64,000 bases of DNA, taken from positions 17,443 through 81,442 of the forward strand of contig JBBRNJ010000037.1 in NCBI GenBank assembly GCA_038230375.1. The letters are read 5' to 3'. The notes beneath the pieces are model-generated. The model did no database searches and had not been told where the DNA came from. It saw only the letters and a list, made by a program, of their open reading frames with translations. The DNA comes from Polyangiales bacterium (GTDB taxonomy: Bacteria > Myxococcota_A > Polyangia > Polyangiales > Polyangiaceae). Made by a program: the position numbers and the translations under genes. Below are positions 9,781-19,778 of this stretch, one piece after another. Within the stretch, counting starts at the first letter, position 1, and every line of letters starts with the position of its first letter.

Positions 9781-9877
9781 GAAGCCTCCTACGACCTGTC
9801 GGAGGCATCATATTTTCACAATCCGAAAGACCCCACTTTTCTGCAATTCGGGTCCGCGGAGGTGACATTCTTGCCGG

Positions 9878-10384
9878 ATGAGACGCATCGAGGCACCGCC
9901 GATCACGCGTGAAGCATTCGCACCGTTCGGGGACCTGGTCATTGCGGCACGCGCCGACATCTCGCCCGTGATGGTGAACTTCGGGACGGCCGCGCGACGC
10001 AACGGTGCTGGCGCGCTCATCAACGAACGCCCCGCGGCGCACCCCAACCTCTGCACGTTCGTGTGCACGCCGTGGACCCGATTTCCGGTGGTCGTGGAGT
10101 CCATGGAGAAGCACCCGCGGTCGTCGCAGCTCTTCGTGCCGACACGCGTGGAGAAGTATCTGGTCGTCGTGGCGGGCGGCGATGAAGCGCCGGACCTGGA
10201 GACGCTTCGCGCGTTCGTCGCCGGGCCCGGAGAGAGCGTCATCTACGGGCCCAACGTGTGGCACATGCCGCTCATCGTGATGGGGACGGCGACCGCGGAG
10301 TTCGTGATGTTCGTGTGGGAGGACGACACGCGAGAAGACTGCGTGGTGGCACGAATCAAGGAGCGCGTAGAGATCGCGCTGTGA
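9878..10384 (+). CDS. Ureidoglycolate lyase (AllA family)
   Basis: ITREAFAPFGD, MEKHPRSSQLFVP, YGPNVWHMP motifs. Confidence 0.85.
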   Translation: MRRIEAPPITREAFAPFGDLVIAARADISPVMVNFGTAARRNGAGALINERPAAHPNLCTFVCTPWTRFPVVVESMEKHPRSSQLFVPTRVEKYLVVVAGGDEAPDLETLRAFVAGPGESVIYGPNVWHMPLIVMGTATAEFVMFVWEDDTREDCVVARIKERVEIAL

Positions 10385-10393
10385 TCGTCACCT

Positions 10394-11185
10394 TCACTTC
10401 GCGACGCGCACGTTCACCATCGCGTCCGCGCCGTGCGCCTGCATCGTGAGGGTTGCCTGACCCGGGCCCTTCGCGATTGATTCTTCCACGTCCGTGGCGC
10501 CGCCCGTGTCGCCGGCGGAGGAGAGCACGCCAACGTCGGAGTACTGCGGGATGAGGCCGTGCTTCGTGAACACCATGGGCGTGGTTCCGGCGTACACCAC
10601 CGAATGAACTGAGATGTGATCGCCAGCGCGGGCGGGATACGTCCCGTCGCTCGCCTTCTGCACCTCCGCTCCATTCACCCGCACGGTCGCGTCGATGCGC
10701 TCCGCCGGGCGCACCGCGAAGCCAACGGAGTCCACCGTGGCGCCTGCCGCGTCGACGACGAGCAACGTGACGTCCCCCGTGCCCTTGGTCTGGATGTCTG
10801 CACTGTGCACGCAAGTCTTCTTCTCGGCGGATGCACACGCGGTGACCGGGTCTACGGCGTGCGACTCGCTGCTCCCGCTGCCAAGGGTATGCGTGCACAT
10901 GCACGACTCCGTGTGGACCACTGTGCCCATGTCGGGGGACGCCAGCCGAACGTCGTAGCGAACCTGCGGATCGCCGCCCGTGGTTTGCACGGTGATCATG
11001 GCGCCGAGCACCACCGGCCGGTCCAACGAGCAGCCGAATCCGCACTGGCTGGACGTGTAGTGGAACGAGAGCTTTCCGTTTGCGCCCTTGGTCTCGCTGC
11101 CGAGCTCGAACGGCTCGAGCGAACACGCTGTGAGGGCGAAGAATGCGAAGGCCGACACGAGAACGGACGAAGAAAGAAGGCGCAT
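10394..11185 (-). CDS. Lipoprotein of unknown function (beta-rich)
   Basis: MRLLSSSVLVSAFAFFALTAC lipobox; GGAG RBS; start re-assigned to 11185. Confidence 0.75.
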   Translation of the reverse strand: MRLLSSSVLVSAFAFFALTACSLEPFELGSETKGANGKLSFHYTSSQCGFGCSLDRPVVLGAMITVQTTGGDPQVRYDVRLASPDMGTVVHTESCMCTHTLGSGSSESHAVDPVTACASAEKKTCVHSADIQTKGTGDVTLLVVDAAGATVDSVGFAVRPAERIDATVRVNGAEVQKASDGTYPARAGDHISVHSVVYAGTTPMVFTKHGLIPQYSDVGVLSSAGDTGGATDVEESIAKGPGQATLTMQAHGADAMVNVRVAK

Positions 11186-11217
11186 GAAGATCTCCGAGGT
11201 GGGGTCTTGGTGAAGGG

Positions 11218-11240
11218 AAAAGAGGCCGCTTCCGGGCCTC
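11218..11240 (-). terminator. Possible intrinsic terminator hairpin
   Basis: Minus strand GAGGCC-cggaagc-GGCCTC followed by TTTT, downstream of the DUF4139 gene. Confidence 0.4.
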
Positions 11241-11327
11241 CAGACCGTTAACTCGTGAGCCCGTCGAAATGGGAAGTCGAAGCCCTCCTTTTTTCGTTCA
11301 TCGCCTCCGCGCCGTGCCTCCGCGTCG

Positions 11328-13592
11328 TCAGTGCTCGCCCACCGCACGCAGCTTGCGCGTCAGCTCCCCGAAGACGGCCCTGGACGTCGCGAGCGTGAGC
11401 TGGTTCTCCGCAACCTGTCGCGAGAGTGACTCCATGTCCTTCGTCGCGCCGGAGAGGTGCTGCGTGAGCTCCTTCTGTAGCGCGTCCGCGCCGCGCGTCT
11501 TCTCGAGTGCACGGAGGCTCTCGCGCAGCTCGCCCGCGCGCGCACCTGCGTCCGCGATGCGCACGCGAAGCGCGTCCACCGCCTCGGTTGCCTTGTCCAT
11601 GTCCGCGCGCGCCTTCATGAGGTCGCGCACCATCTGGTCCACGTCCGCGGGGAGCTTGGAGCCGTGGAGATAGAGCGAGAGCGTGGCGGACGCCGTGTCG
11701 GCAGCGGTGATCTGGCGCTCATGCTTCCATGTCTCGGTGACCACGAGCTCGCTCGGCTTGGAGGGCGTGAGCGGCAGTGGCACGAGATGGGTGTCCGGCG
11801 TGGACTCCGTCCCGGGTGGAAGCGCATCGACGACGTAGCCGGCGCGGCGCTCGTGGCGGATGACGAGCTTCGTGGGCACGTCTTTTCCTGGCGTGACGGC
11901 GTACCGCGTGACGCGCGTGGCAATGTCTTCCACGGTGAGCTGTCCACGCGCGACGGACACGATGCGCGATGGCGCGTCCGTGTGCTCCTCGGTCGTGCGC
12001 ACGTCGGTGGCGGCGTCCAGGGCGTACGGGATGAGGACGGTCTCGCCCGGGTTGAGCCGCGCAAGGATGCCTTCGCCGACGAACGACCCGCCAGAGAAGA
12101 TCGCAACGGAGCCGGGTTGCAGGCCGAGCGCGCCGGGGCTGGTGAGACGTGCGGCGCGGAACGGCCGCCTGTTGCTCTCGCGAACGTTCGAATCGGGACG
12201 GAACAAGAGGACCTCTTCGCCGGGCAGGAACTCGTTCACGATCGTGACCAGGCTCGACGCGTGCTTCGGGATGGAGACGGTGTCGCCGATGTCGTATCGC
12301 ATCGAACCTGCGATCTCGTGGGACAGCGTGGCCGCGCTGCCATTGTGCGCGAGCGACGACGCCTGCGCGACGCCTGCGTGTTTGTTCTTCGCCTGTTCGT
12401 CGCTCTCGGTCTCGGCGATGCGGAACTCCACGCGGCGGTTACGACCCGCTTCGTCGCCGAGCGGTCGCGTATCGGCAAACGCCTGCGTGACCAGCTCCGT
12501 CGTCACACCACGCGACAGGAGCGCCGCGCGCACGGCACCGGCGCGGCGAGAGGAGATGCCCCAGCCGTCCTTCTCGTCGCGGGAGGCGTGGCCCTCGATG
12601 ATCATGCGGCGGATGGTGTGGTTGCTCTTCAGCACGGCGGCGGTCTGATCGAGAATGGGCGCGGAGTCCTTGCCCACCGTGTCGCTCCCGCTCGTGAAAT
12701 GTACCTGCTGCAGGATGGTGAGCGAGTTGCTCTGCACGACCACCTTGCCGTGATCGGGGCAGCCGTCTTCGTCCTCCATGCCGTTATGCGTCTCCGGCTG
12801 GTCGGGGCACTTGTCCACCGAGTCGGGGATTCCATCACCGTCGTGGTCGACCTCTTGATGTGCAAGGCCGTGCTCGGAGAGCACTGGACCACTGGCAGGC
12901 TCACCAGCGTAGAGGTTCGCGGCGTCCGGGCGGTGCACGAAGCGCGGCGTGCGTAGATCGCTCGCGAAGGACAGCGGCGCTCCGGTTGCAAGGCTCAGGT
13001 TCACGCCGGTCCAGTCCTCATCCGACACGTTGTCGATGAGCGCCCAGGCCTGGAGGAGCGCGCGCTTGTCCGTGGCGTCCGCCTTGGGAAGAATGATGCG
13101 GTACGTCGCCTTCCACGCCGCGGTGGGTGTTGCGTAGGCGATCGACACCCGGCGCGATACCTGCCGCGAGAGCAAGAGGTCCAGCGTGGAGACCGCTTCC
13201 GGCGCGCGCTTTGCCTCGTTGTCCAGAAGGCGCACGTTGACGGTGGACGGCTTCTCGCGCGACAGGTCGAGGCCTTCTTCGACCACGACGATGCTCTTCA
13301 ACACGTCGTCGACCTCGCGCTCGCGGAACGAGAGCCGCAGCCGCCCGCCCTCCATGTAGCCGCTGCGCTCGAAGTAGCCGATGCCGTTCTGGTAGAGCAC
13401 CACGCGACGGAGCCGCAGATCCGGCGAGGGCCCGGCCACCGTGGGCGTGCACCCCAAGAGCGCGAGGCCGATGCAGAGGGCGAGCGCCGTCCGACGGGCC
13501 AAGGCAGAACGCGCGGGCGGGGCAGGACAGACCAGCGAAGACAGCATGCGGCGTGAGGTCATGCGAGAGGGTGTATCGTGGATCGAGTTCAT
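11328..13592 (-). CDS. DUF4139-family lipoprotein with inserted Asp-rich repeat + OmpA-like domain and C-terminal coiled coil
   Basis: RVVLYQNGIGYFER, DDVLKS, WKATYR, WALIDNVSDEDW..V.LSL DUF4139-type motifs; DGDGIPD..DKCPDQPE repeat; IEGHA...SRRAGAV...NRRVEF; lipobox LLGC. Start may be 13562 or 13547. Confidence 0.8.
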   Translation of the reverse strand: MNSIHDTPSRMTSRRMLSSLVCPAPPARSALARRTALALCIGLALLGCTPTVAGPSPDLRLRRVVLYQNGIGYFERSGYMEGGRLRLSFREREVDDVLKSIVVVEEGLDLSREKPSTVNVRLLDNEAKRAPEAVSTLDLLLSRQVSRRVSIAYATPTAAWKATYRIILPKADATDKRALLQAWALIDNVSDEDWTGVNLSLATGAPLSFASDLRTPRFVHRPDAANLYAGEPASGPVLSEHGLAHQEVDHDGDGIPDSVDKCPDQPETHNGMEDEDGCPDHGKVVVQSNSLTILQQVHFTSGSDTVGKDSAPILDQTAAVLKSNHTIRRMIIEGHASRDEKDGWGISSRRAGAVRAALLSRGVTTELVTQAFADTRPLGDEAGRNRRVEFRIAETESDEQAKNKHAGVAQASSLAHNGSAATLSHEIAGSMRYDIGDTVSIPKHASSLVTIVNEFLPGEEVLLFRPDSNVRESNRRPFRAARLTSPGALGLQPGSVAIFSGGSFVGEGILARLNPGETVLIPYALDAATDVRTTEEHTDAPSRIVSVARGQLTVEDIATRVTRYAVTPGKDVPTKLVIRHERRAGYVVDALPPGTESTPDTHLVPLPLTPSKPSELVVTETWKHERQITAADTASATLSLYLHGSKLPADVDQMVRDLMKARADMDKATEAVDALRVRIADAGARAGELRESLRALEKTRGADALQKELTQHLSGATKDMESLSRQVAENQLTLATSRAVFGELTRKLRAVGEH

Positions 13593-13634
13593 CCGCGAGT
13601 TGCGTGCGTGGCTCCGCGGAGAGATACTCGGGTC

Positions 13635-14027
13635 ATGAGCCTTCGAACGCGTTGCCTGTTCGTGGTCTGCCTCTCGTGCGTCGCCTGCTCGACCCCTTCT
13701 TCGAAGGACCAGAGCACCACGCCCATGTCGCAGGCGGTGGTCGCGACGGCCGGCACCCAGTCACACGGCCCATCCAGTCCCACCATCGCCGTGCTCCAGA
13801 CGCGGGACCGCCGCATCGAGCTGCATTTGGGCACGCGCGTCACCGTGCGGAACAACCAGGGGGAGCTCGTGGCGGAAGACATCACACTCGACGAGCTCTC
13901 CGCGCGCGACCCATTCCTCTATGACCTGTGCCGCGCTTCCTTCGCGACGAACGACTCCGCGTTCCTGGATGCGCGCCTGGACGCACGCCACGACACGCCG
14001 AAGCTCATGGGGCTGGTCGGCGACTGA
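13635..14027 (+). CDS. Small lipoprotein of unknown function
   Basis: MSLRTRCLFVVCLSCVAC lipobox followed by a compact beta/alpha domain. Confidence 0.7.
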   Translation: MSLRTRCLFVVCLSCVACSTPSSKDQSTTPMSQAVVATAGTQSHGPSSPTIAVLQTRDRRIELHLGTRVTVRNNQGELVAEDITLDELSARDPFLYDLCRASFATNDSAFLDARLDARHDTPKLMGLVGD

Positions 14028-14033
14028 CGGACA

Positions 14034-14936
14034 TCACGCGACGCGGCGGAATGCGGCTGCGTGTCCGTGTGCGATGGCGCGCGCGAGCAGTTCGTCCGTC
14101 ATGCCAGGAAGTGTGCGCGCACGGCGGTGCTCTTCCACTGCATCGACGGCGGACAGGAGTGTGTTGTCCGTGTTGATGCACGCGCGAATGCCAAGCGCGA
14201 GCCACCTTGGTAGCGGGTGCTCCGAAAGGCTTCCGATCGCGCTGGTGTGCACGTTCGACGTGGGGCACGCCTCGATCGTGACGCCGCGCTCCAGCACCAG
14301 ATCGACGATCGTCGGGTCGTCCGTGAGGGTGACGCCATGGCCGATACGCTGTGCGAAGAGCACCGTGATGGCCACGCGGATCTCCTCTGCCGACCGGCCT
14401 TCCGCCGCATGCACGGTTCGACCAAGACCCAGCTCACGCGCGCGCGTGAACGCGGGCGCATAGTCCGGCATGTTCACGCGGCACGTGGGAGAGGGGCCTC
14501 CCGCCAGGTCGAGTCCGGTGACGCCGGGACGGGTGCGTGCCGTCTCCACCAGCTCCATGACCACGGGTGGTGGCTCACCCCACAGGCCGCAGAGAACGAT
14601 GCCCGCTCGCCCGGCCGCGCCATCGAGCGCAGCGTCGACGATCTCCGGGATTGGCGCCGCGCGGTGCAGCTGTGGAGCGAACCGGATCTCGAGCGTGGTC
14701 ACGCCTTCACGCGCGGCGTCCTCGCAGATCTCGTGCGCGACGCGACGCACTTCCTCCGGACGTTGCAGGAGACCCAGCGTGAACGCGAAGCGAGACAGCG
14801 CCGCATCGAGCCCCATTCCCGCGAAGAAGCAGAGGTTCGCAGGCACGGCCTCACCGAAGCGATCGGCAAGCTCCGCGACCGTGGACGCACGGAGCGAGCC
14901 GTCCAGGTGTCGATGCAGATCGCAGAGCCCCTTCAT
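14034..14936 (-). CDS. add: Adenosine deaminase family protein
   Basis: DLHRHLDGS, EIRFAP, TVHAAE, RIGHG, CPTSN, INTDN motifs; start re-assigned to ATG 14936. Confidence 0.88.
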   Translation of the reverse strand: MKGLCDLHRHLDGSLRASTVAELADRFGEAVPANLCFFAGMGLDAALSRFAFTLGLLQRPEEVRRVAHEICEDAAREGVTTLEIRFAPQLHRAAPIPEIVDAALDGAAGRAGIVLCGLWGEPPPVVMELVETARTRPGVTGLDLAGGPSPTCRVNMPDYAPAFTRARELGLGRTVHAAEGRSAEEIRVAITVLFAQRIGHGVTLTDDPTIVDLVLERGVTIEACPTSNVHTSAIGSLSEHPLPRWLALGIRACINTDNTLLSAVDAVEEHRRARTLPGMTDELLARAIAHGHAAAFRRVA

Positions 14937-15532
14937 CACTGATCGCGAACGGCCTTTGCGAGCTTTGCGCCGGCAAGCGCCTGGTCCACTTGCTCTGGCG
15001 TGCACTCGCGAAACGCGGCGCGCGCGTACGATTTTCCGTCGTTCGCGAACAGCACGTCGACCACGGCGGCCCTGCCCTGGAACTGGGACGTCCTCACGAG
15101 CTCGAGTGTGTGACCGTCCACGGCAACCTTCCGGCTGGACTGCGAGGCCATCGGGCCGCCTGGTGTCGGCGGCACCCCAGCCCAGAGGTCAACGCGCACG
15201 TTGCACTTCCCGGTTGCCGCCGTTGCGGTCACGCCAACGTGGTCCTTCTCCGCGGGATCCTCTTTCACGGCCCAGCCCGCGGGCCGCACGCTCATGAGCG
15301 ACTGCCACGGCCCCGTTGCAGGTGCCACCGGCGTCTCTGCGACAGGTGTCGCCGAGGACACGGACGTCGCAGCTAGCGGCGGCGCGGACTGCACGGGCGT
15401 GCTCGGCGCAGACGGCATCGCTGCGGACGCGGGCGGGGTCGCCGAGGCGAGCGGCGGCGTGTTCGGCGGCGGCGGTGGCTCGTTGCAGGCAACCGACGCA
15501 ACGCACGCAAGGAATAGCGAGATACGCATCAT
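14936..15532 (-). CDS. Pro-rich lipoprotein of unknown function
   Basis: MMRISLFLACVASVAC lipobox, Pro/Ala/Ser linker, C-terminal domain; stop overlaps the add start. Confidence 0.7.
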   Translation of the reverse strand: MMRISLFLACVASVACNEPPPPPNTPPLASATPPASAAMPSAPSTPVQSAPPLAATSVSSATPVAETPVAPATGPWQSLMSVRPAGWAVKEDPAEKDHVGVTATAATGKCNVRVDLWAGVPPTPGGPMASQSSRKVAVDGHTLELVRTSQFQGRAAVVDVLFANDGKSYARAAFRECTPEQVDQALAGAKLAKAVRDQ

Positions 15533-15575
15533 GCCCGGAGGATAACAGCCCATCGTCGTGCTGGATCGACACGAC

Positions 15576-17555
15576 TTACGGCGTCGTCGCGCGCCGCGTG
15601 GCCGTGAACGTGAGCCTCTGACCATCTCTCAGCACGAGCAGCGTCACATGGGCCCCCACAGGCACGTCGAGCCCTCGCTTGAGCCGCCCGAGTGAGAGCG
15701 TCGCCGGCTCCCCGTTGATCTGCACGATGCGATCACCGGCCTTCACTCCCGCGCGGTCCATGCCGCTCCCCGCCGTGATGCGCGTGAACACCCACGGCGC
15801 ATCCTCCCAGTCTTCGATGTGGTCGATCCCCACCGCGCCGGTGTCTGCCGGATCGGTCTTCTTTGCTGGCTCTTCGCACGGTGGCGTGAGCATCAGCGTG
15901 CGTCTCGCGACGTCGAATGTGACCGCTTTGCAGCGCGAAAGAAGCCCGTTTCCGATGCGCCCCGCGATGCCCACCGCAGGCGGTGCGCCAAGGGCAACCG
16001 CACCGCTCGCGCCGACGACCTCGATCGGGCCAAGAGTGATCCTCTTCAGCGGCACCGCGGCGGTGACCGTTGCGTCCGCGCCCACGCCGCTCCTGGACTC
16101 GATCGTCGGCTGGGCCTGGAGCGAGAGCTCCGGGTGCGCGCGCACCCACGACTCCTCCGGGCTGATCACGTTGCCGTCGCCCGTGTCGAGCTGGAACACG
16201 TCCATCGCTCCATTCACGTTCGCGTCGACCACGAGCCGCTCGCGGCTGAGGCGCATCGGAAGAGTGACGCCATCCTTTGGCAAGAGCGCGGCGTCCTTCG
16301 CGAACGTGAGCTCGCCTTCGCCATAGTCAATGCGAACCGCCCCCGCATGAAAGAACGGGAGTCCGACGATCGCCTCCGGACGCGTCATGGCGTACGCGTC
16401 CATCACGCTCAGCGGCGTGGCGGCAACTGGCACGTGCCGGAGCGAAAGGCCACCCATGGATACCCATGAGCGCTCCGCCACCCCATAGTCGAACATCTGC
16501 GTGGAGCCCGCGCCGGTCTCGCTGAACGCAGGCGCAAGCGCGCGGCCGAGCGGCTTCTCTGAATCGATGACGACCATCCCGGCGCCCGAGTCGAGCACCG
16601 CCCAGGCGCGACGGCCGTCCACCTCCGCGCGAACGAAGATCTGATTTGAATAGAAGAGCATCGGGACCTTCACCACGCCGCCCTCGGGCCACGTCACGTC
16701 CACGGGCGGCTTCGCAGCATTCATGCACGAGCCTTCAGCGCAGCTCACACCCGCGACGCTGGAGCCGAGGCGAACGCGCTCTCCCGTCGGACCGGTGCCG
16801 GACCATTCCTCGGGAAAAGAAGGTACGTCCGTGCTCCTCTGGCTCCACGAGAAGATGTGCGCGGGCTCGTGGTCGGGAAGCGCGCACGAGAACGAGAACG
16901 AGAACGTGTTTCCTTGCGTGCTGCCGTCTGCGGTCCGACATACGGGCGCACTTCCCCGACGGTCGAGCGCCACCTCACGAAGGCGCGCCGTACCGGGCTC
17001 GAAGCCCAGCCTGTAGACGCCGCCGCGCGCATCGGCAAATGTCATCCACATCAGCATCGAGCCGCTCGCGTCGTTGCACGCGACCTCACGTGGAGACATG
17101 CCGGGCGCCAGATACTGCCGACGAAACACGAAGGCCAGCATCTCCGCGTCTTGCGCATCCTCACCGGACACGCGCGTGAGCATTCCAGACAGCGAGATCT
17201 CCCATGGCCCTGCCTGGTCGATGCCGAAGGAGGTGAACGCGCGCCATGTTCGCTCGGGGTTCGTTCCGCCTCTCCACATGTCCAGACGCAAGAGGTCGCG
17301 GTCCATGGTGAGCCGAGCGGAGCCCGTGCGGCCTTGACCCGTGAGCGTTCCCTCGAAGGTCCGCGGCAAGCGCGCGCTCACCTCCGCGAACGTGCCGTAG
17401 GTCGCCGCATGAGCACGAAGCATGGCGAGCGCGGTGGCATCCGCTGGGCAGCCGTTCGCAGGCACCCCGAGCGCGGGAGGACCTGGCCAACATGCGGGGC
17501 AGCAGAGGAGCGCGATCAAAGCCGGCAGCATGGGGCGCGCCGACGGTTGGGTCAT
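15576..17555 (-). CDS. Exported aspartyl protease (two retropepsin-like domains) + C-terminal PDZ
   Basis: LDSGAG..IVGLPF and LDTGDG..GRIGNGLL; PDZ-type AGVKAGDRIVQING. Start uncertain (17555 or 17531). Confidence 0.8.
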   Translation of the reverse strand: MTQPSARPMLPALIALLCCPACWPGPPALGVPANGCPADATALAMLRAHAATYGTFAEVSARLPRTFEGTLTGQGRTGSARLTMDRDLLRLDMWRGGTNPERTWRAFTSFGIDQAGPWEISLSGMLTRVSGEDAQDAEMLAFVFRRQYLAPGMSPREVACNDASGSMLMWMTFADARGGVYRLGFEPGTARLREVALDRRGSAPVCRTADGSTQGNTFSFSFSCALPDHEPAHIFSWSQRSTDVPSFPEEWSGTGPTGERVRLGSSVAGVSCAEGSCMNAAKPPVDVTWPEGGVVKVPMLFYSNQIFVRAEVDGRRAWAVLDSGAGMVVIDSEKPLGRALAPAFSETGAGSTQMFDYGVAERSWVSMGGLSLRHVPVAATPLSVMDAYAMTRPEAIVGLPFFHAGAVRIDYGEGELTFAKDAALLPKDGVTLPMRLSRERLVVDANVNGAMDVFQLDTGDGNVISPEESWVRAHPELSLQAQPTIESRSGVGADATVTAAVPLKRITLGPIEVVGASGAVALGAPPAVGIAGRIGNGLLSRCKAVTFDVARRTLMLTPPCEEPAKKTDPADTGAVGIDHIEDWEDAPWVFTRITAGSGMDRAGVKAGDRIVQINGEPATLSLGRLKRGLDVPVGAHVTLLVLRDGQRLTFTATRRATTP

Positions 17556-17668
17556 GGAGCGGATGGTCTCCGAGCGAAACCGGTTCCGCAAGGACGAAGG
17601 TGAACGTCAGCGACCTCGCCTCGTCCAGAACGCCACGGGTGTGGCGCGCCGGCTAGAATCAGCGGCGC

Positions 17669-18151
17669 TCAGCGGACCTGCACGGGGAAGCGGGCGTTCT
17701 CGCGGCCGTTCACCGCGATCGAGATCGCGTACTTTCCCGGCGCGAGCGTCTCGGGCAGTCGCACGGGGGACGAGTCGATCTCCTCACCCTTCTCGACGTG
17801 ACGACTCGTGAGCGTCTGCACCGCGCCGTCAGGACCCGTCAGCTGGACGGAGACATCGGCGGTCGCTGGCGCAGGACCATGGAAGCGGAAGCCCACGGGA
17901 TCGCCGGGAAAGAGGTGATGGTTCGCCGCATAGAGACCGCCCGTGACGACGTCCACGATGAGCGCAATCACGCCGGGCACGATGCCGACCAGCAGCCAGA
18001 GGCAGTCGAAGACCACGGCCACAAGGTCGACGTTGCCGCCACGCCGGCCGCCGCGTTCGGGGTGCAAGATGATGCCGCAATTGACCTGTGAGAGGCCAAG
18101 CGCTGCAACGAGAGTGACAAGCACCGCTTTGGTCCGGACGTTTTTCATCAT
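17669..18151 (-). CDS. Small membrane lipoprotein with C-terminal beta domain
   Basis: Signal + CGIILHPER...DCLWLLVGIVPGVIALIVDVVTGGLY hairpin motif of a widespread small hypothetical family. Confidence 0.7.
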   Translation of the reverse strand: MMKNVRTKAVLVTLVAALGLSQVNCGIILHPERGGRRGGNVDLVAVVFDCLWLLVGIVPGVIALIVDVVTGGLYAANHHLFPGDPVGFRFHGPAPATADVSVQLTGPDGAVQTLTSRHVEKGEEIDSSPVRLPETLAPGKYAISIAVNGRENARFPVQVR

Positions 18152-18227
18152 CGCGTCGACCAAACGCAAGACGTGGGCCACCCGTTGCTAGCCGCCCACT
18201 CAGTTCAGAATCCGGGTGGATCGTTGC

Positions 18228-19526
18228 TCAGCGCCCCGGAATCGGCGCGAGCTCCTCTGGGGCCAATGTGGCGTTGTAGTACCCCTTCGTTTTTCCGTCC
18301 GCGACCCACTGCTGCGACGGCCAGCCGGCGTCGTCCACCGAGTGAATCAGCTCGTAGTAAAGCGTCTTGTACGTGCTCGGGACCGCGCCAGCCTCATACG
18401 CGGGCTCCAGCGTGGCGGACGTGGCGCCGAACAGGATGTCCTCGAGCAGGAAGACATCCTTGCCGCTGGACCCGAGCGTCGCCGCCGCGCTCACGGCCGT
18501 AGAGGACGCGCCTGAGATCGCAAGCTGGGTGATGTTGCTGGGCACGCTCGACAGTGGCTGGATGGGCTTCGTCATGATCTGTCGGAGCGTGGCGGAGAGC
18601 GCGCTGGTAGCCGCAGCGGGGTTCTGCGCAAAGATGGGGATCTGGAACCACTCGCTGACAAGGAGGAGCTGCTTCAGTCGCACCTGCTTCGCGCTCGCAG
18701 AGGGATCGCTCCCCAGGCTGCCCATGTCGTTGAGGACAAAGCCGATCGCGAACGGCTTCACAGTGATGGGGGCCGCGGACGTCGCATGCGGCGCCGATGC
18801 GGTCTGCCCGCCCGCGACCAGAGCCGCGGCATCGTTCACGGTGACCTGCGCGACGCCCGCTTGCTTCCAGCGTCGCAGCGCTGGCGCTGCATTGACCTCC
18901 TCGGTGAAGATCCCGTCCACCACCGCCACCACCTCGAAGCCTTGCCTGCGCAGCCCCAGGATCGTCTGCATCACGCACACGTCCGTCTCCGATCCAACGA
19001 CCAGGAACCGCTTCATCCCGGACGCGCGGATGGCCGCATCGAAGTCAGGCTGGCCTGTCGCATCGAAGGTGGTCTTGATGTACTCCTTCGCGTTTGGCGG
19101 AAGCTGACCGACCAGCGCGGGCGTCAACGCGTGATCGCCCGTCTTTGCAGCCTCATATGTGATGAAGAACGGGGCGCTCGTGGAACGGGCCAGATCGAAC
19201 ATCGCCTTGTCCACCGCGACGCGCGCGGGGATCCCGCTTGCTGGATTGCGCTGCGTCGCCGTCGTGACAAAGGTGGCCTGCGCATCAATGATGATGATGC
19301 CAGTGGGTGTGCTGGAGTTCGACATGCCCGAACCTCCTCCCGAGCCATCCGACCCCGGCGTGCCCGCGCCCGCGCCCCCCGACGAGCCCGCAGGCCCAGA
19401 GCCGGTCCCGTTCGACAGGTCCGCGCTGGGGGCGCCGGCACGGTCACCCGGACCGGGTGTGGTGTCGTACGCGCTGGAGCATCCAGCGAACGCGAGGCCT
19501 GCGACCAAGAGCGAGGCAAAGGACAT
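18228..19526 (-). CDS. Isochorismatase-family (cysteine hydrolase) lipoprotein with tandem domains
   Basis: Lipobox FAGC, Gly/Ser linker, IIIDAQ / KTTFDA / GSETDVCV triad motifs; second, degenerate copy of the domain. Confidence 0.8.
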   Translation of the reverse strand: MSFASLLVAGLAFAGCSSAYDTTPGPGDRAGAPSADLSNGTGSGPAGSSGGAGAGTPGSDGSGGGSGMSNSSTPTGIIIIDAQATFVTTATQRNPASGIPARVAVDKAMFDLARSTSAPFFITYEAAKTGDHALTPALVGQLPPNAKEYIKTTFDATGQPDFDAAIRASGMKRFLVVGSETDVCVMQTILGLRRQGFEVVAVVDGIFTEEVNAAPALRRWKQAGVAQVTVNDAAALVAGGQTASAPHATSAAPITVKPFAIGFVLNDMGSLGSDPSASAKQVRLKQLLLVSEWFQIPIFAQNPAAATSALSATLRQIMTKPIQPLSSVPSNITQLAISGASSTAVSAAATLGSSGKDVFLLEDILFGATSATLEPAYEAGAVPSTYKTLYYELIHSVDDAGWPSQQWVADGKTKGYYNATLAPEELAPIPGR

Positions 19527-19778
19527 CGAGCAGCGCATGCAACGCGTACTCGCACGCGCCGTTCCACGACGCGGGGGCGCTGTGTCACTCCGGCGCGACA
19601 ACGCGCGCGAGGCTTGTTTTCAAGCCGCTTCGTGATGCTCGTTCGCGCGGCGGCCCTGGCGCGGGCGCACGCGGTTCGTGGATCCGTGGCACCGGCGGAA
19701 TGACCCGCGTCCCCGGACGGGAATTTGAGAGAAATTTAAGTGGCCTACTGCGCTACGCTTTTTCTCGAGGCGCACGCG

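Noticed and set aside
16886..16905. (CGAGAA)n hexamer run
   Set aside because: Only about three units encoding FSFSFS in frame; no phase-variation potential.
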